Of a DNA stretch of 64,000 nucleotides, positions 26,421 to 36,636 are shown in pieces (the stretch's first letter is position 1; each line of letters opens with the position of its first letter). The stretch lies in NCBI GenBank assembly GCA_035263125.1, contig DATFRP010000100.1, positions 2,920-66,919 on the forward strand, given 5' to 3'. Source of the DNA: Vicinamibacterales bacterium (GTDB lineage Bacteria; Acidobacteriota; Vicinamibacteria; Vicinamibacterales; UBA2999). Both the position numbers and the translations under genes were made by a program. The notes under the pieces are model-generated. The model was not told the DNA's origin, searched no databases, and was given only the letters and a program-made list of their open reading frames with translations.

Positions 26421-29400
26421 ATGCGTTACCTCACGAAGGCCCTGATCGTCGCGGCCGTCGTTCTGCTCCCAACTCTTGCTCATGCGCAGTCGCTGGCAGG
26501 CACGGTACACGATGCCTCCGGCGCCATCCTGCCCGGCGTGACCGTCGAAGCGTCGAGCCCGGTACTGATCGAAAAAGTGCGGACCGCGGTAACCGATGGC
26601 ACCGGGCAGTACCGAATTGAAAACCTCCCGCCGGGGACGTACACGGTGACGTACTCGCTTCCCGGTTTCATCACCGTCAAGAAGGACGGCGTCGAATTGA
26701 GCGGCGCAGGCGTGATCACGGTGAACTCCGACATGCGGGTCGGTGGCATCCAGGAAACGATCACGGTGACCGGCGAATCTCCCGTCGTCGACACGCAGAC
26801 GAGCACGAGGAGACAGATGGTGCTGTCCGGGTCGGTGGTGCAGGCGATCCCGGCTTCGCGCGGATACGGCAACCTGCTCGCGACCGTGCCCGGTATTCAG
26901 GCCACCGGACTCGATGTGAGCTCGGGCGTCTCGACCAACTTCTTCACCGCTCGCGGCGGACGCGGCAACGAAGGCACCATTCAGATCGATGGCATGAACG
27001 TCGGCTCCGCGTTCAACGGCGGCGGCGTGGCCGGGTTCGGCTATCCGATCGGCGAGGCGTCGGAGATTCAGGTCACGATTGCCGGTGGACTCGGCGAAGT
27101 CGATCGCGGCGGTCCGCAGTTCAATCTGATTCCGAAGACCGGCGGCAACACGTTCAGCGGCACCGGCTTCCTCAGCACCGCGGGCAAGTGGTCGCAGGGC
27201 GACAATCTCACCGACGAATTGAAAGGCTTCGGCCTCAACCTGCCGGCGTTGATCAAGAACTGGGATACCAACTTCGCGCTGGGCGGGCCGATCGTGAAAG
27301 ATCGGTTGTGGTTCTACAACAACGTCCGCAGCTACGGCAATCACCAGGAGATCCCCGGACTCTTCGGAAACCTGAACGCCGGCAATCAGGCGTCGTGGAA
27401 CTACGACAAGGATGCGGGTCTGCCCGCTAGAGCAGCCGCCGCGAAGTTGATCGAAGCGATCCGCCTCACGGGTCAGGCGACGCCACGGAACAAGGTCGGT
27501 TTCTACCTGGATTATCAGCAGGTCTGTAACGGATCCGCCTACACGCAGGGCGCGCCGCAGTGCCGCGATCGCGGCGACGACTGGGTCGCGCTCGGCAGCG
27601 TGGGCGCGGGCTTCTTCGGCGCGTTGGCGCCCGAGTCGGGCAACGTGTGGGACGACCGCGAGAAGATCACCCAGGCCACGTGGACCTCGCCGTACACGAA
27701 CAAGCTGCTCCTGGAGGCCGGGTTCTCGCAGTTCGCGAGCCGCTTCGGCGGGACGATGCCCGGAGGCGCGCTCAACTTGATTCCCGTGCAGGAGCAGGTC
27801 TCGCAGACGGATCCGACGAGGCCTGGTTTCACGGGCACTCCGGTCGGCAACTTCACGTATCGCGGCTGGGCGTCAGCGGGATCGAACGAGCAGTTCCACA
27901 ACGTCTGGCGTGCGTCGGGCACCTACGTGACCGGTGCACACAGCTTGAAGGTCGGGTATCAGGCGGCGTTCCAGGTCCAGAAGAACTTCCAGAATGCTGC
28001 GAGCCAATTGAGCTACGTCTTCAGCAACCGCAACCCGATTCAGTTCACGTTGCGTGATGCACCGTTCTGGTCGAGCAACCGCACGCGCTTCGATGCGATC
28101 TACGTTCAGGACCAGTACACACGAGGCCGGCTCACGTTACAGGGCGGCCTGCGATACGAGCACGCGTGGAGCTGGTTCCCCGCGGGCGAGAACGGTGTGA
28201 TCGCCGACAACGTCTACGGGACCAAGTTTCTCTTTCCCGAGCTCAAAGGCGTGACCGGGTACAACGACATCACGCCGCGCATGGGCGCGACCTACGATCT
28301 GTTCGGAAACGGCAAGACCGCGTTGAAGGTCAACGTCAGCAAGTATCTGCAGGCCGCGAACAACGACGCGCAGTACACGATCGCGAACCCGGCGACGACG
28401 TTCCAGCAGACCACCAGCGTCTCTTGGACCGACACGAACGGCAACAAGGTCGTCGACTGCAACGTGATGAACAAGGCGGGCGAAAACAACACCGCAACCG
28501 GCGGCGATGTGTGCGGCGCCTGGCAGAATCTGAATTTCGGCAACCCGTTCAGCACGACGACGGTCAACCCCGACGTGCTGCATGGATGGGGCGTGCGGCC
28601 GTACGACTGGCAGTACAGCGTGGAGGTTCAGCACGAGCTCGTCCCGCGCGTCGCGGTCGATGTCGCCTATAACCGACGCGTATGGGGGAACCACTTCTTC
28701 ACCGACAACCGCGCGCTGACGCCGGCAGACTTCGACACGGCGACGATTACCGCACCGACCAACGCGAATCTGCCGAACGGCGGCGGTTATCCGGTGACGT
28801 TCGTCACGCGGAACTCAATTTCGCCGATTGGTGCGGTCGACAACTACTACACGTTTGCGAAGGATTACGGAGACGTGACGACCTACTGGCACGGCTTCGA
28901 TGTGAGCGTGAACGCGCGCACGCGCAACGGCATCACGTTCCAGGGCGGCACCAGCACCGGCCGCGGCGTGCGTGACTACTGCGAGATCACGGCGAAGCTC
29001 CCCGAGCTCTATGTCACAGCCGGCTCGGTCCTCGCCAATGCGCAGACCGCTGCGTGCGCCGTCACCGAACCGTGGCTGACGACGTTCCGCAGCTCCGTCA
29101 CCTACACACTGCCGAAGATCGATGTGCTGCTGGCTGGTTCGATCCGATCGACTCCGAACACGCAGCCGTCGACGATCAACACGTTCGTGGCGACCAACGG
29201 TGCATCGTTGCCGGCGAACTACAACGTCAATACCACGATCCTTCAGTCGTCGACGCTCGGCCGTCCGCTCGCGCCTGGCCTTGCATTCCAGACCGTCGAT
29301 CTCACGCTGCCCGGCCAGGTCTATCCCGATCGGATCAACTCGGTTGATTTGAGGGTTGCGAAGGTGCTGCGCTTCGGGCGCACATCGACCAACGTCGGAT

Positions 29401-29546
29401 TCGATTTCTACAACCTGCTCAATGCAAACACTGGGACGGCGTTCCAGAATGTGTACGCCACGGACCCGCTCAACGTTAATTGGCTGAGGCCGACGAGCAT
29501 CCTCAATCCTCGCTTCGCACGGTTCAACGTCACCGTCAACTTCTAG
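26421..29546 (+). CDS. CarboxypepD_reg-like domain + TonB-dependent-receptor-like outer membrane protein, paralog 1
   Basis: 1041 aa with a signal peptide, GTVHDASGAILPGVTVEASSPVLIEKVRTAVTDGTGQYRI, a plug-like segment, a long barrel, and a C-terminus ending in NVTVNF. Confidence 0.85.
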   Translation: MRYLTKALIVAAVVLLPTLAHAQSLAGTVHDASGAILPGVTVEASSPVLIEKVRTAVTDGTGQYRIENLPPGTYTVTYSLPGFITVKKDGVELSGAGVITVNSDMRVGGIQETITVTGESPVVDTQTSTRRQMVLSGSVVQAIPASRGYGNLLATVPGIQATGLDVSSGVSTNFFTARGGRGNEGTIQIDGMNVGSAFNGGGVAGFGYPIGEASEIQVTIAGGLGEVDRGGPQFNLIPKTGGNTFSGTGFLSTAGKWSQGDNLTDELKGFGLNLPALIKNWDTNFALGGPIVKDRLWFYNNVRSYGNHQEIPGLFGNLNAGNQASWNYDKDAGLPARAAAAKLIEAIRLTGQATPRNKVGFYLDYQQVCNGSAYTQGAPQCRDRGDDWVALGSVGAGFFGALAPESGNVWDDREKITQATWTSPYTNKLLLEAGFSQFASRFGGTMPGGALNLIPVQEQVSQTDPTRPGFTGTPVGNFTYRGWASAGSNEQFHNVWRASGTYVTGAHSLKVGYQAAFQVQKNFQNAASQLSYVFSNRNPIQFTLRDAPFWSSNRTRFDAIYVQDQYTRGRLTLQGGLRYEHAWSWFPAGENGVIADNVYGTKFLFPELKGVTGYNDITPRMGATYDLFGNGKTALKVNVSKYLQAANNDAQYTIANPATTFQQTTSVSWTDTNGNKVVDCNVMNKAGENNTATGGDVCGAWQNLNFGNPFSTTTVNPDVLHGWGVRPYDWQYSVEVQHELVPRVAVDVAYNRRVWGNHFFTDNRALTPADFDTATITAPTNANLPNGGGYPVTFVTRNSISPIGAVDNYYTFAKDYGDVTTYWHGFDVSVNARTRNGITFQGGTSTGRGVRDYCEITAKLPELYVTAGSVLANAQTAACAVTEPWLTTFRSSVTYTLPKIDVLLAGSIRSTPNTQPSTINTFVATNGASLPANYNVNTTILQSSTLGRPLAPGLAFQTVDLTLPGQVYPDRINSVDLRVAKVLRFGRTSTNVGFDFYNLLNANTGTAFQNVYATDPLNVNWLRPTSILNPRFARFNVTVNF

Positions 29547-29553
29547 GGTAATT

Positions 29554-29602
29554 GCCGGCGGCTCTGCCTGCTCTCAGGACAGAGCCGCCGGCCCGTTTTT
29601 TT
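29554..29602 (+). terminator. Rho-independent terminator
   Basis: A 13-bp perfect stem GCCGGCGGCTCTG / CAGAGCCGCCGGC is followed, after 3 nt, by 7 consecutive T. It starts 8 nt after the stop codon. Confidence 0.8.
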
Positions 29603-30028
29603 CGCGCTTTCTGCTTCGCATCGCGAAATCGAAGAACCAGGCCCGACCAGCCGCCGCGATCTGTACAAATCAGAGCGACCGACTTCACGGTCGTCGCCAT
29701 CGTCGTTTTGTGCCAGCAGGATCGGGCGAATCCAATAATTCGAAAACCGGGCGTTCGACAGATTGGATGCCGCTCGAACTTGCAGGCGAAATACCGGAAA
29801 ACGCACGTGCCAATAGACGAGCCGAAAGGCTGAGTAATTGCTTTCTATTACTCGACCGGAAGGGCGGCCCTACGAGCCTTGCTCGCAGCCTTGGCGCTGC
29901 GCGCTCACGACTGCCATTTCAGTCGCGTTTCTGGCGATCGTCGTTGCGGTAATTCCCGGGTAAACAGGTGGACGTGCCTGCCGCCTTGTCGCGGCGGGTC
30001 TCCGGTGAATTCTCTTGGGAGTAATCCG

Positions 30029-33000
30029 ATGCATGGTAGTGGCCCTGTCAGCCGTTTCCTCTTGCTCTTGTCGGCAATTGTCCTGGTGGTCGTCTTTACT
30101 CCTTCAGAAGCGCTCGCACAAGCAACGCTCGCCGGCGTTGTGAAGGATTCCTCTGGTGCGGTGCTGCCTGGGGTCAGCGTCGAGGCCTCGAGCCCGGCGC
30201 TCATCGAGAGAGTGCGTACCGCGACGACCGACAGCACCGGGCAGTATCAGATTGTCGATCTTCGTCCCGGCACCTATGCACTCACGTTCTCGCTTCAAGG
30301 CTTCAGAACGGTGAAGCGTGAGTCGGTTGATGTGAGCGGTGCGGGAGTCATCACGATCAACGCTGAACTGTCCGTTGGCGGCCTCACTGAGACGCTCACC
30401 GTTCAAGGCGAGACGCCTGTCATCGACGTACAGACTACGCGTCGCCAGGCAGTGCTCGAGAACAAGGTGGTCAACGAGCTCCCCGCCGCGCGCGGGTACG
30501 GCGCGATTCTCGCGGCGATTCCGACGCTCCAGGGCGCCGGCGCGAACTCCTCTTCATCGGTCAATCCGAGTTTCTTCACCGCCCATGGCGGCCCGGGCAA
30601 TGAAGGCCGCGTGCAGCTCGATGGCTTGAGCGTCGGTGCGGCGTTCAACGGCGGCGGTGTATCGGGCAACGCCTACGACACTGCCAATGCGCGTGAGCTG
30701 CAGGTGTCGATTTCCGGGGCGCTCGGTGAAGCCGAAGTCGGTGGCCCGGTTCTCAATATCGTGCCGAGCACTGGCGGCAACGCGTTCCATGGGACTGCGT
30801 TTGCCACCGGTGCCGGTTCGTGGGCGCAGGGTAACAATCTGGACGACGAGCTGCGAGCTGCGGGCATCACCGAACAGGCAGCGCTGATCAAGCTGTGGGA
30901 CGCGAGCTTCGCGTTGGGCGGCCCGATCAAGAGGGACAAGCTGTGGTTCTTCGGCAACTATCGCGACTTCGGCAACCACACCGACATCCCGGGGCTCTAC
31001 GCGAACCTGTATGCCGGCGATCCGTCCCACTGGGACTATGCGCCCGACTTGAACGTGAAAGCCCGAACGGCCACGTCCAAGACGGTTGCGTCGGTTCGTC
31101 TGACGGCGCAGGCCACTGCCCGAAACAAGTTCAGCTTCTATTACGACTACCAGTGGGACTGCGACCAGGGCTCTATGAGCAGCACCCAGGGATGCCGTCC
31201 GCGCGGTGAGGACTGGGTGCCCGGCAGCGTCTTCGGGTCGGGCTTCTCACCTGAGGCGGTCACCAACTACTGGGACGCGCGAGAGATCATCTCGCAGGCG
31301 ACCTGGTCCTCGCCGGTCACCAACAAGCTGCTGCTCGAGGCCGGCTATGCAACCTTCGTCAGCCGCTGGGGCTGGATGCCGCAGCCAGGCGCGATCACGA
31401 ACCTCGTGCAGATGACGCAGATCGCGCCGACGTTCAAGGTCTATCGCGGCGTCGACAACATCCTTGACAACTCCCAGAATCCGAACACGTGGCGGGCATC
31501 AGCGACCTACGTCACTGGCGCGCACAACATGAAGTTCGGGTATCAGGGCGCGTATCACATCGAAGAGACGACCGACCTCGCCAACGATGCGCGTTACATC
31601 CTGACCGATTTGACGCCGGTCCTTGCCCCGATATTTTTCCCGGCGCCTGCGCCGGTCCTGCCGATCTATAGCGCCACGATTCGGATCGCACCATGGCAGC
31701 AGAGCAATCGCACCGAGTATCACGCGTTCTATGCGCAGGATCAGTGGACGGTTGGCCGCATGACACTGCAGGGCGCACTCCGGTTCGATCGGGCGTGGAG
31801 CTGGTTCCCGGCCGAGCACAATGGCGCACCACAGACGTCGGTGTGGAATGCCAGGCCGATCTCATTCCCGAAGACGGACGGTGTCACCGGATACAACGAC
31901 ATCACGCCTCGTGCGGGCGTCGCCTATGACTTGTTTGGAAACGGGAAGACCTCGTTGAAGGTGAACGTAGGCGAGTACCTCCAGAGCGCGAACAACCAGG
32001 AGAACTACACGATCAGCAACCCCGCGCTCGATGGCCGCAACGGCCGTCGCGGACCGAACTTCCAGACGACCGCATCGCGCACGTTCATCGATTTCAACGG
32101 CGATCACGTGCCGAACTGCGAGATGCTGAACCCGCAGGCGAACGGGGAGTGCATCGCACCGGACCTCGGGAACTTCGCCAATCCGAACACCCTCACGCTG
32201 GTCAACCCCGACGTGCTCCATGGGTGGGGCGTGCGTCCGCGCGACTGGCAGTTCGGCGTGTCGGTCCAGCACGAGATCCTGCCGCGCACCTCGCTGGAAG
32301 TCGGCTATGCGCGCCGCTGGTTCAAGAACTTCTTCGTCACCGACAATATCAACCTGAATGCCAGCGACTTCCAGTTGACGACGGTGACAGCGCCGACCAA
32401 CGCGAAGTTGCCCGATGGCGGGGGGTACCCGCTGCAGTACTACTTCCCCAAGCCGGGCGTGGTAACGACGAACATTCAGAACCGGTATACGTTCGCGAGC
32501 GACTACGGCGACTGGACCAACTACTGGCACGGCATCGATGTCACGGTGAACGCGCGGTTGCGTCAGGGGCTCGTGATGCAGATCGGATCGAGCACCGGAC
32601 GAGCGGTGACTGACAACTGCGACATCGTGGCGCAGGTACCGGAGATGCTCAACGGCGCGCTGACCAACCCGTCTCCGTTCACCGCCAGCACCTTCCAACC
32701 CGCTGACTCCTGCCACAAGGTCGAGGCGTGGCAGACGCAGGTGCGCGGGTTCGCTTCCTACACGATCCCGAAAATCGAGCTGCTCGTGAGCTCCATCATG
32801 CGCTTCCAGCCGAATGCCGTCTTCGGTGTCGGCGCGGTGCCCGAAGGGAACAGCACCGGTCTCTCGGCTCTCTACGCGACGCCGCAAGGACAGATCAACC
32901 TGCTCGAGCCGGGTCAGGTCTACGGCGACCGCATCAATCAGATCGACATGAGGTTCGGAAAACTCATCAACGTCGGCGGCAAGCGAGCCAACGTCGCGGT

Positions 33001-33136
33001 GGATCTGCTGAACCTGTTCAACTCGAACACTCCGACCATGTATCAGCAGAACTATGGTGACGGATCGCTGTACCTGCAGCCTCTGCAGATCCTGAACCCG
33101 CGGTTCCTGCGGTTCAACGTCACGTTCGATTTCTAG
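30029..33136 (+). CDS. CarboxypepD_reg-like + TonB-dependent-receptor-like outer membrane protein, paralog 2
   Basis: The internal ATG at 30029 gives a signal peptide. The N-terminal domain is near-identical to paralog 1 (GVVKDSSGAVLPGVSVEASSPALIERVRT). The C-terminus ends in FNVTFDF. Confidence 0.85.
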   Translation: MHGSGPVSRFLLLLSAIVLVVVFTPSEALAQATLAGVVKDSSGAVLPGVSVEASSPALIERVRTATTDSTGQYQIVDLRPGTYALTFSLQGFRTVKRESVDVSGAGVITINAELSVGGLTETLTVQGETPVIDVQTTRRQAVLENKVVNELPAARGYGAILAAIPTLQGAGANSSSSVNPSFFTAHGGPGNEGRVQLDGLSVGAAFNGGGVSGNAYDTANARELQVSISGALGEAEVGGPVLNIVPSTGGNAFHGTAFATGAGSWAQGNNLDDELRAAGITEQAALIKLWDASFALGGPIKRDKLWFFGNYRDFGNHTDIPGLYANLYAGDPSHWDYAPDLNVKARTATSKTVASVRLTAQATARNKFSFYYDYQWDCDQGSMSSTQGCRPRGEDWVPGSVFGSGFSPEAVTNYWDAREIISQATWSSPVTNKLLLEAGYATFVSRWGWMPQPGAITNLVQMTQIAPTFKVYRGVDNILDNSQNPNTWRASATYVTGAHNMKFGYQGAYHIEETTDLANDARYILTDLTPVLAPIFFPAPAPVLPIYSATIRIAPWQQSNRTEYHAFYAQDQWTVGRMTLQGALRFDRAWSWFPAEHNGAPQTSVWNARPISFPKTDGVTGYNDITPRAGVAYDLFGNGKTSLKVNVGEYLQSANNQENYTISNPALDGRNGRRGPNFQTTASRTFIDFNGDHVPNCEMLNPQANGECIAPDLGNFANPNTLTLVNPDVLHGWGVRPRDWQFGVSVQHEILPRTSLEVGYARRWFKNFFVTDNINLNASDFQLTTVTAPTNAKLPDGGGYPLQYYFPKPGVVTTNIQNRYTFASDYGDWTNYWHGIDVTVNARLRQGLVMQIGSSTGRAVTDNCDIVAQVPEMLNGALTNPSPFTASTFQPADSCHKVEAWQTQVRGFASYTIPKIELLVSSIMRFQPNAVFGVGAVPEGNSTGLSALYATPQGQINLLEPGQVYGDRINQIDMRFGKLINVGGKRANVAVDLLNLFNSNTPTMYQQNYGDGSLYLQPLQILNPRFLRFNVTFDF

Positions 33137-33153
33137 GCTGGAGAGAGCGCCGG

Positions 33154-33330
33154 GTAGATGGGGTGAGATAGATGGGGCCCCATCTATCTCACCGCCTCGT
33201 CCACCTCACAGCCTCATCCACCCCACCAACCTCATCGACTCCACCCCGGCCTCACACTAACCCCATCCACCTTACCTGCCCCATCCACCCCACCCGCCCC
33301 ATCCACCCCACCCGCCCCATCCACTTCATC
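33154..33330. repeat. 18-bp minisatellite CCC(C/T)ATCCACC(C/T)CAC(C/T)(C/T)G, ~9 tandem units preceded by a short inverted arm
   Basis: GTAGATGGGGTGAGATAGATGGGG pairs with CCCCATCTATCTCAC. Degenerate-to-perfect 18-bp units follow, for example CCCCATCCACCCCACCCG twice. Confidence 0.8.
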
Positions 33331-33475
33331 GACGCATCGATTCTCCGTATTAGTCCTGTCTTGATAGTGCTTTTTCACTAGGTTAGGCTCGTTGTTCGCA
33401 TCTTCCGTGCGTGCTGCGGGGCTCGCGCGTGACCGGCAACCTGTGCGCTTCAATCCGTCTTTGCGGAGGACATGT

Positions 33476-36400
33476 ATGCGTCTCACAGGATCCCACTCCA
33501 TTCCGATCTCGCGATTGATGCGCCTGTGCGTGATGCTCGTGCCGTTCGCGATGCTCCCTGCTGTGGCACACGCACAGACATCGATCACCGGCACCGTACG
33601 TGACGCCTCGGGCGCCGTACTGCCTGGCGTCACTGTTGAAGCCTCGAGCCCTGTGCTGATCGAAAAGGTCCGAAGTGCCATCAGCGACGGCACAGGTCAG
33701 TACCGTCTCACCGAGCTTCCGCCCGGCAAGTACACGATCACGATGAGCCTCTCGGGATTCACGACCGTGAAGCGCGAGGACATCGATGTGAGCGGCGTCG
33801 GCGTCATCACGATCAACGCCGACATGCGGGTCGGCACCGTGCAGGAAACGATTACGGTCACGGGCGAGACGCCGGTCGTCGATGTGCAGAGCACGCGGCG
33901 GCAGCAGGTCATCGACGATGAGACTCTGAAGGCGCTGCCGGCCACACGTGGCTACAACGCGCTCGTCTTCCTGGTCCCCTCGGTGACCGGTGGCAGCAAC
34001 CAGATCGATCTGATGCCGGCGATGCGCATCTTCTACAACCACGGTGGTCGCGGCAACGAGGGGCGCACCTACGTCGATGGTCTGAGCACCGGATCGGCCT
34101 TCAACGGCGGAGGCGTGTCGGGCTACATCATCGATACCGCGAACTCGCAGGAAATGCAGTTGACGCTCTCGGGCGGTCTTGGCGAAACCGAAGTGGGAGG
34201 CACCCTCGTCAACTTCATTCCCAAGACCGGCGGCAACATCTATTCGGGTTCGCTCTTCGGCAGCACGGCAGGGGAATGGTCGCAGGGCAACAACATCGAC
34301 GATCACCTCAAGTCGCTCGGGCTGGCGCAGCCGGCGGCACTGTACAAGAACTGGGATTACAGCGCATCGCTCGGCGGCCCCTTCCGGAAAGACAAGTTGT
34401 GGTTCTTCGCCAACTACCGCGACTTCGGGAGCTACGAAGACATCCTTGGGATGTACGCGAACCTGAACGCCGGCAATCCGAACAGCTGGAGCTACGTGCC
34501 CGACCAGAGCATCAAGGCGCGCAACGCAGTCTCGCGGACGGTGACGTCGATGCGTCTCACCGCGCAGGTGACACCGAAGAACAAGGTGGGCTTCTTCTTC
34601 GACAATCAGCTCGCGTGCGACGGGTCGGCGCTGACAGAGGACGCCGACAGCTGTCGTCCTCGCGGCAAGGACTGGGTTGCGAGCGGCCTCACGGCGGGCA
34701 TCTCTCCGTACGCGCCGGAAGCCGCCAGCGGCGCACAGGGCAGTCAGGGTGGTGCGTTCGGATACGCCGATGCGTGGCAGCGCGTGATGCAGGCGAGCTA
34801 CACGTCGACGATCACGAGCCGTCTGCTGCTCGAAGCGGGCGCCTCGACCTACATCAGCAAGTGGGGATGGATGGAGCAGCCGGGCGCGATTCTGAATCTG
34901 AACCAGGTCCAGGAGCAGGCGTCCTTGAGCGGTACGTTCGCGGATGGTTCGAAGTGGAGCGTCCCCGCGAACCTGTTCTTCCGCGCGCTCGACTGGAACT
35001 TCAACAACATGCAGAACCCGACGACGTGGCGCGCGGCGCTCTCGTACGTCACCGGCGCGCACAGCACGAAGTTCGGGTACATCGCCGCCTACAACCGCAC
35101 CGACAACTGGAACTTCTACAACAAGACGCGGGTCAACTACCGCTTCCTCAACGGCGTGCCGAATCAGCTGACCATGAACGTCGGCGACTGGATGATCAAG
35201 GATCGGAGTCAGTATCACGCGTTCTACGCGCAGGATCAGTGGACGATCAACCGGGTCACGCTGCAGGGCGCCATCCGGTACGATCGCGCATGGAGCTGGT
35301 CGCCGGAAGGGCAGGGCGCGACCGGCACCGACTTGTTCAGGTCAGCACCGATCACCTTCCCGCGCACCGATGGAGTGCCGGGCTTCAACGACATCACCCC
35401 GCGGATGGGCGCTGCGTACGACGTGCGCGGCAACGGGAAGACGTCGCTCAAGGTCAATCTCGGGAAGTATCTGCAGGCGGCGAACAACCAGGATCGCTAC
35501 ACGTTGATGAACCCGGCGCAGGCGACGCGCTTCCAGCGCACGACCAATCGGACGTGGAGTGATACCAGCGGCCTGGGTATCAATGGCGACTACATCCCGC
35601 AGTGCGATCTGATGAATCCCGCGGCCAACGGTGAGTGCGGTCCGTGGCAGAGCCCGTCGTTCGGACAGCCGTTGACCGCGGCACCGATCAACCCGGCGAT
35701 TCTCGAAGGCTGGAACGTCCGTCCGTCTGACTGGCAGTTCGGCGTGTCGGTGCAGCAGGAAGTGCTCCCGCGCACGTCGGTCGAAGTCGGTTACTACCGT
35801 CGGTGGTTCAACGGCTTCACCGTGACCGACAATCTGGCGTCGACCGCGGCCGACTACGTGCCGTATACGTTCACCGCGCCGTTGCATCCGTCGTTGCCGG
35901 GCGGCGGCGGCTATGAAGTCACCGGATTGAACCCGAGCACGAACTTCTCGGCCGCGAGCAACTACACGACGTTTGCCAGCGACTACGGCGACATGTATCA
36001 GTACTGGCACGGCATTGACGTCAACGTGGTCTCGCGAATGAGGAACGGTGTGGTCGTACAGGGCGGCACCAGCACCGGCCGCGGCGTGCGCGATCAATGC
36101 GAGATCACCGCCAAGGTTCCCGAGGCGCTGCTGGTCGGTCTGCCAGCCGTCTGGCAGCAGCCCAGCTCGTGTCATGTCACCGAGCCGTGGCTCACGCAGA
36201 TTCGCGGACTCGCGTCGTACACGATTCCGAAGATCGACGTGCAGGTCAGCACGAGCTTCCAGTTCAAGCCGGGCACGCTCGGGATCGGCGGCAACGACTC
36301 GGCTACCAACGGACAGTCGGTCGCCTCCAACTACGTCGTCACCAACGCGGTCGCGGGGACGACGCTGCTGAACAACCAGCAGAGTGTGAACCTGCTGCTG

Positions 36401-36631
36401 CCCGGTCAGGTGTATGGCGATTACGTGCGGCAGGTCGACATGCGCGCAGGCAAGATTCTGCGCTTCGGCCGCACGCGCACGCTCGTCGGCGTCGACGTAT
36501 ACAACCTGTTCAATGCGAATCCTGGTCTCACGTTCAGTCAGAACTTCACCGGGACCGGCACGACGTGGCTCAATCCAACGTCGCTGCTGATGCCGCGGTT
36601 CGTGCGGTTCAACGTGACGATGGACTTCTGA
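33476..36631 (+). CDS. CarboxypepD_reg-like + TonB-dependent-receptor-like outer membrane protein, paralog 3
   Basis: ATG at 33476 (alternative 33518). GTVRDASGAVLPGVTVEASSPVLIEKVRS. The C-terminus ends in FNVTMDF. Confidence 0.85.
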   Translation: MRLTGSHSIPISRLMRLCVMLVPFAMLPAVAHAQTSITGTVRDASGAVLPGVTVEASSPVLIEKVRSAISDGTGQYRLTELPPGKYTITMSLSGFTTVKREDIDVSGVGVITINADMRVGTVQETITVTGETPVVDVQSTRRQQVIDDETLKALPATRGYNALVFLVPSVTGGSNQIDLMPAMRIFYNHGGRGNEGRTYVDGLSTGSAFNGGGVSGYIIDTANSQEMQLTLSGGLGETEVGGTLVNFIPKTGGNIYSGSLFGSTAGEWSQGNNIDDHLKSLGLAQPAALYKNWDYSASLGGPFRKDKLWFFANYRDFGSYEDILGMYANLNAGNPNSWSYVPDQSIKARNAVSRTVTSMRLTAQVTPKNKVGFFFDNQLACDGSALTEDADSCRPRGKDWVASGLTAGISPYAPEAASGAQGSQGGAFGYADAWQRVMQASYTSTITSRLLLEAGASTYISKWGWMEQPGAILNLNQVQEQASLSGTFADGSKWSVPANLFFRALDWNFNNMQNPTTWRAALSYVTGAHSTKFGYIAAYNRTDNWNFYNKTRVNYRFLNGVPNQLTMNVGDWMIKDRSQYHAFYAQDQWTINRVTLQGAIRYDRAWSWSPEGQGATGTDLFRSAPITFPRTDGVPGFNDITPRMGAAYDVRGNGKTSLKVNLGKYLQAANNQDRYTLMNPAQATRFQRTTNRTWSDTSGLGINGDYIPQCDLMNPAANGECGPWQSPSFGQPLTAAPINPAILEGWNVRPSDWQFGVSVQQEVLPRTSVEVGYYRRWFNGFTVTDNLASTAADYVPYTFTAPLHPSLPGGGGYEVTGLNPSTNFSAASNYTTFASDYGDMYQYWHGIDVNVVSRMRNGVVVQGGTSTGRGVRDQCEITAKVPEALLVGLPAVWQQPSSCHVTEPWLTQIRGLASYTIPKIDVQVSTSFQFKPGTLGIGGNDSATNGQSVASNYVVTNAVAGTTLLNNQQSVNLLLPGQVYGDYVRQVDMRAGKILRFGRTRTLVGVDVYNLFNANPGLTFSQNFTGTGTTWLNPTSLLMPRFVRFNVTMDF

Positions 36632-36636
36632 AAGCC

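Noticed and set aside
29603-30028. Short ORFs (80-93 aa) in the 482-bp gap between receptor paralogs 1 and 2
   Set aside because: They have no start context, they overlap one another in different frames, and their composition is low-complexity. I treat the region as a non-coding promoter/leader.
33361-33389. Sigma-70-like promoter TTGATA-N17-TAGGCT upstream of receptor paralog 3
   Set aside because: It is a plausible spacing match, but the -10 box is weak and I have no independent support. I did not list it as a feature.
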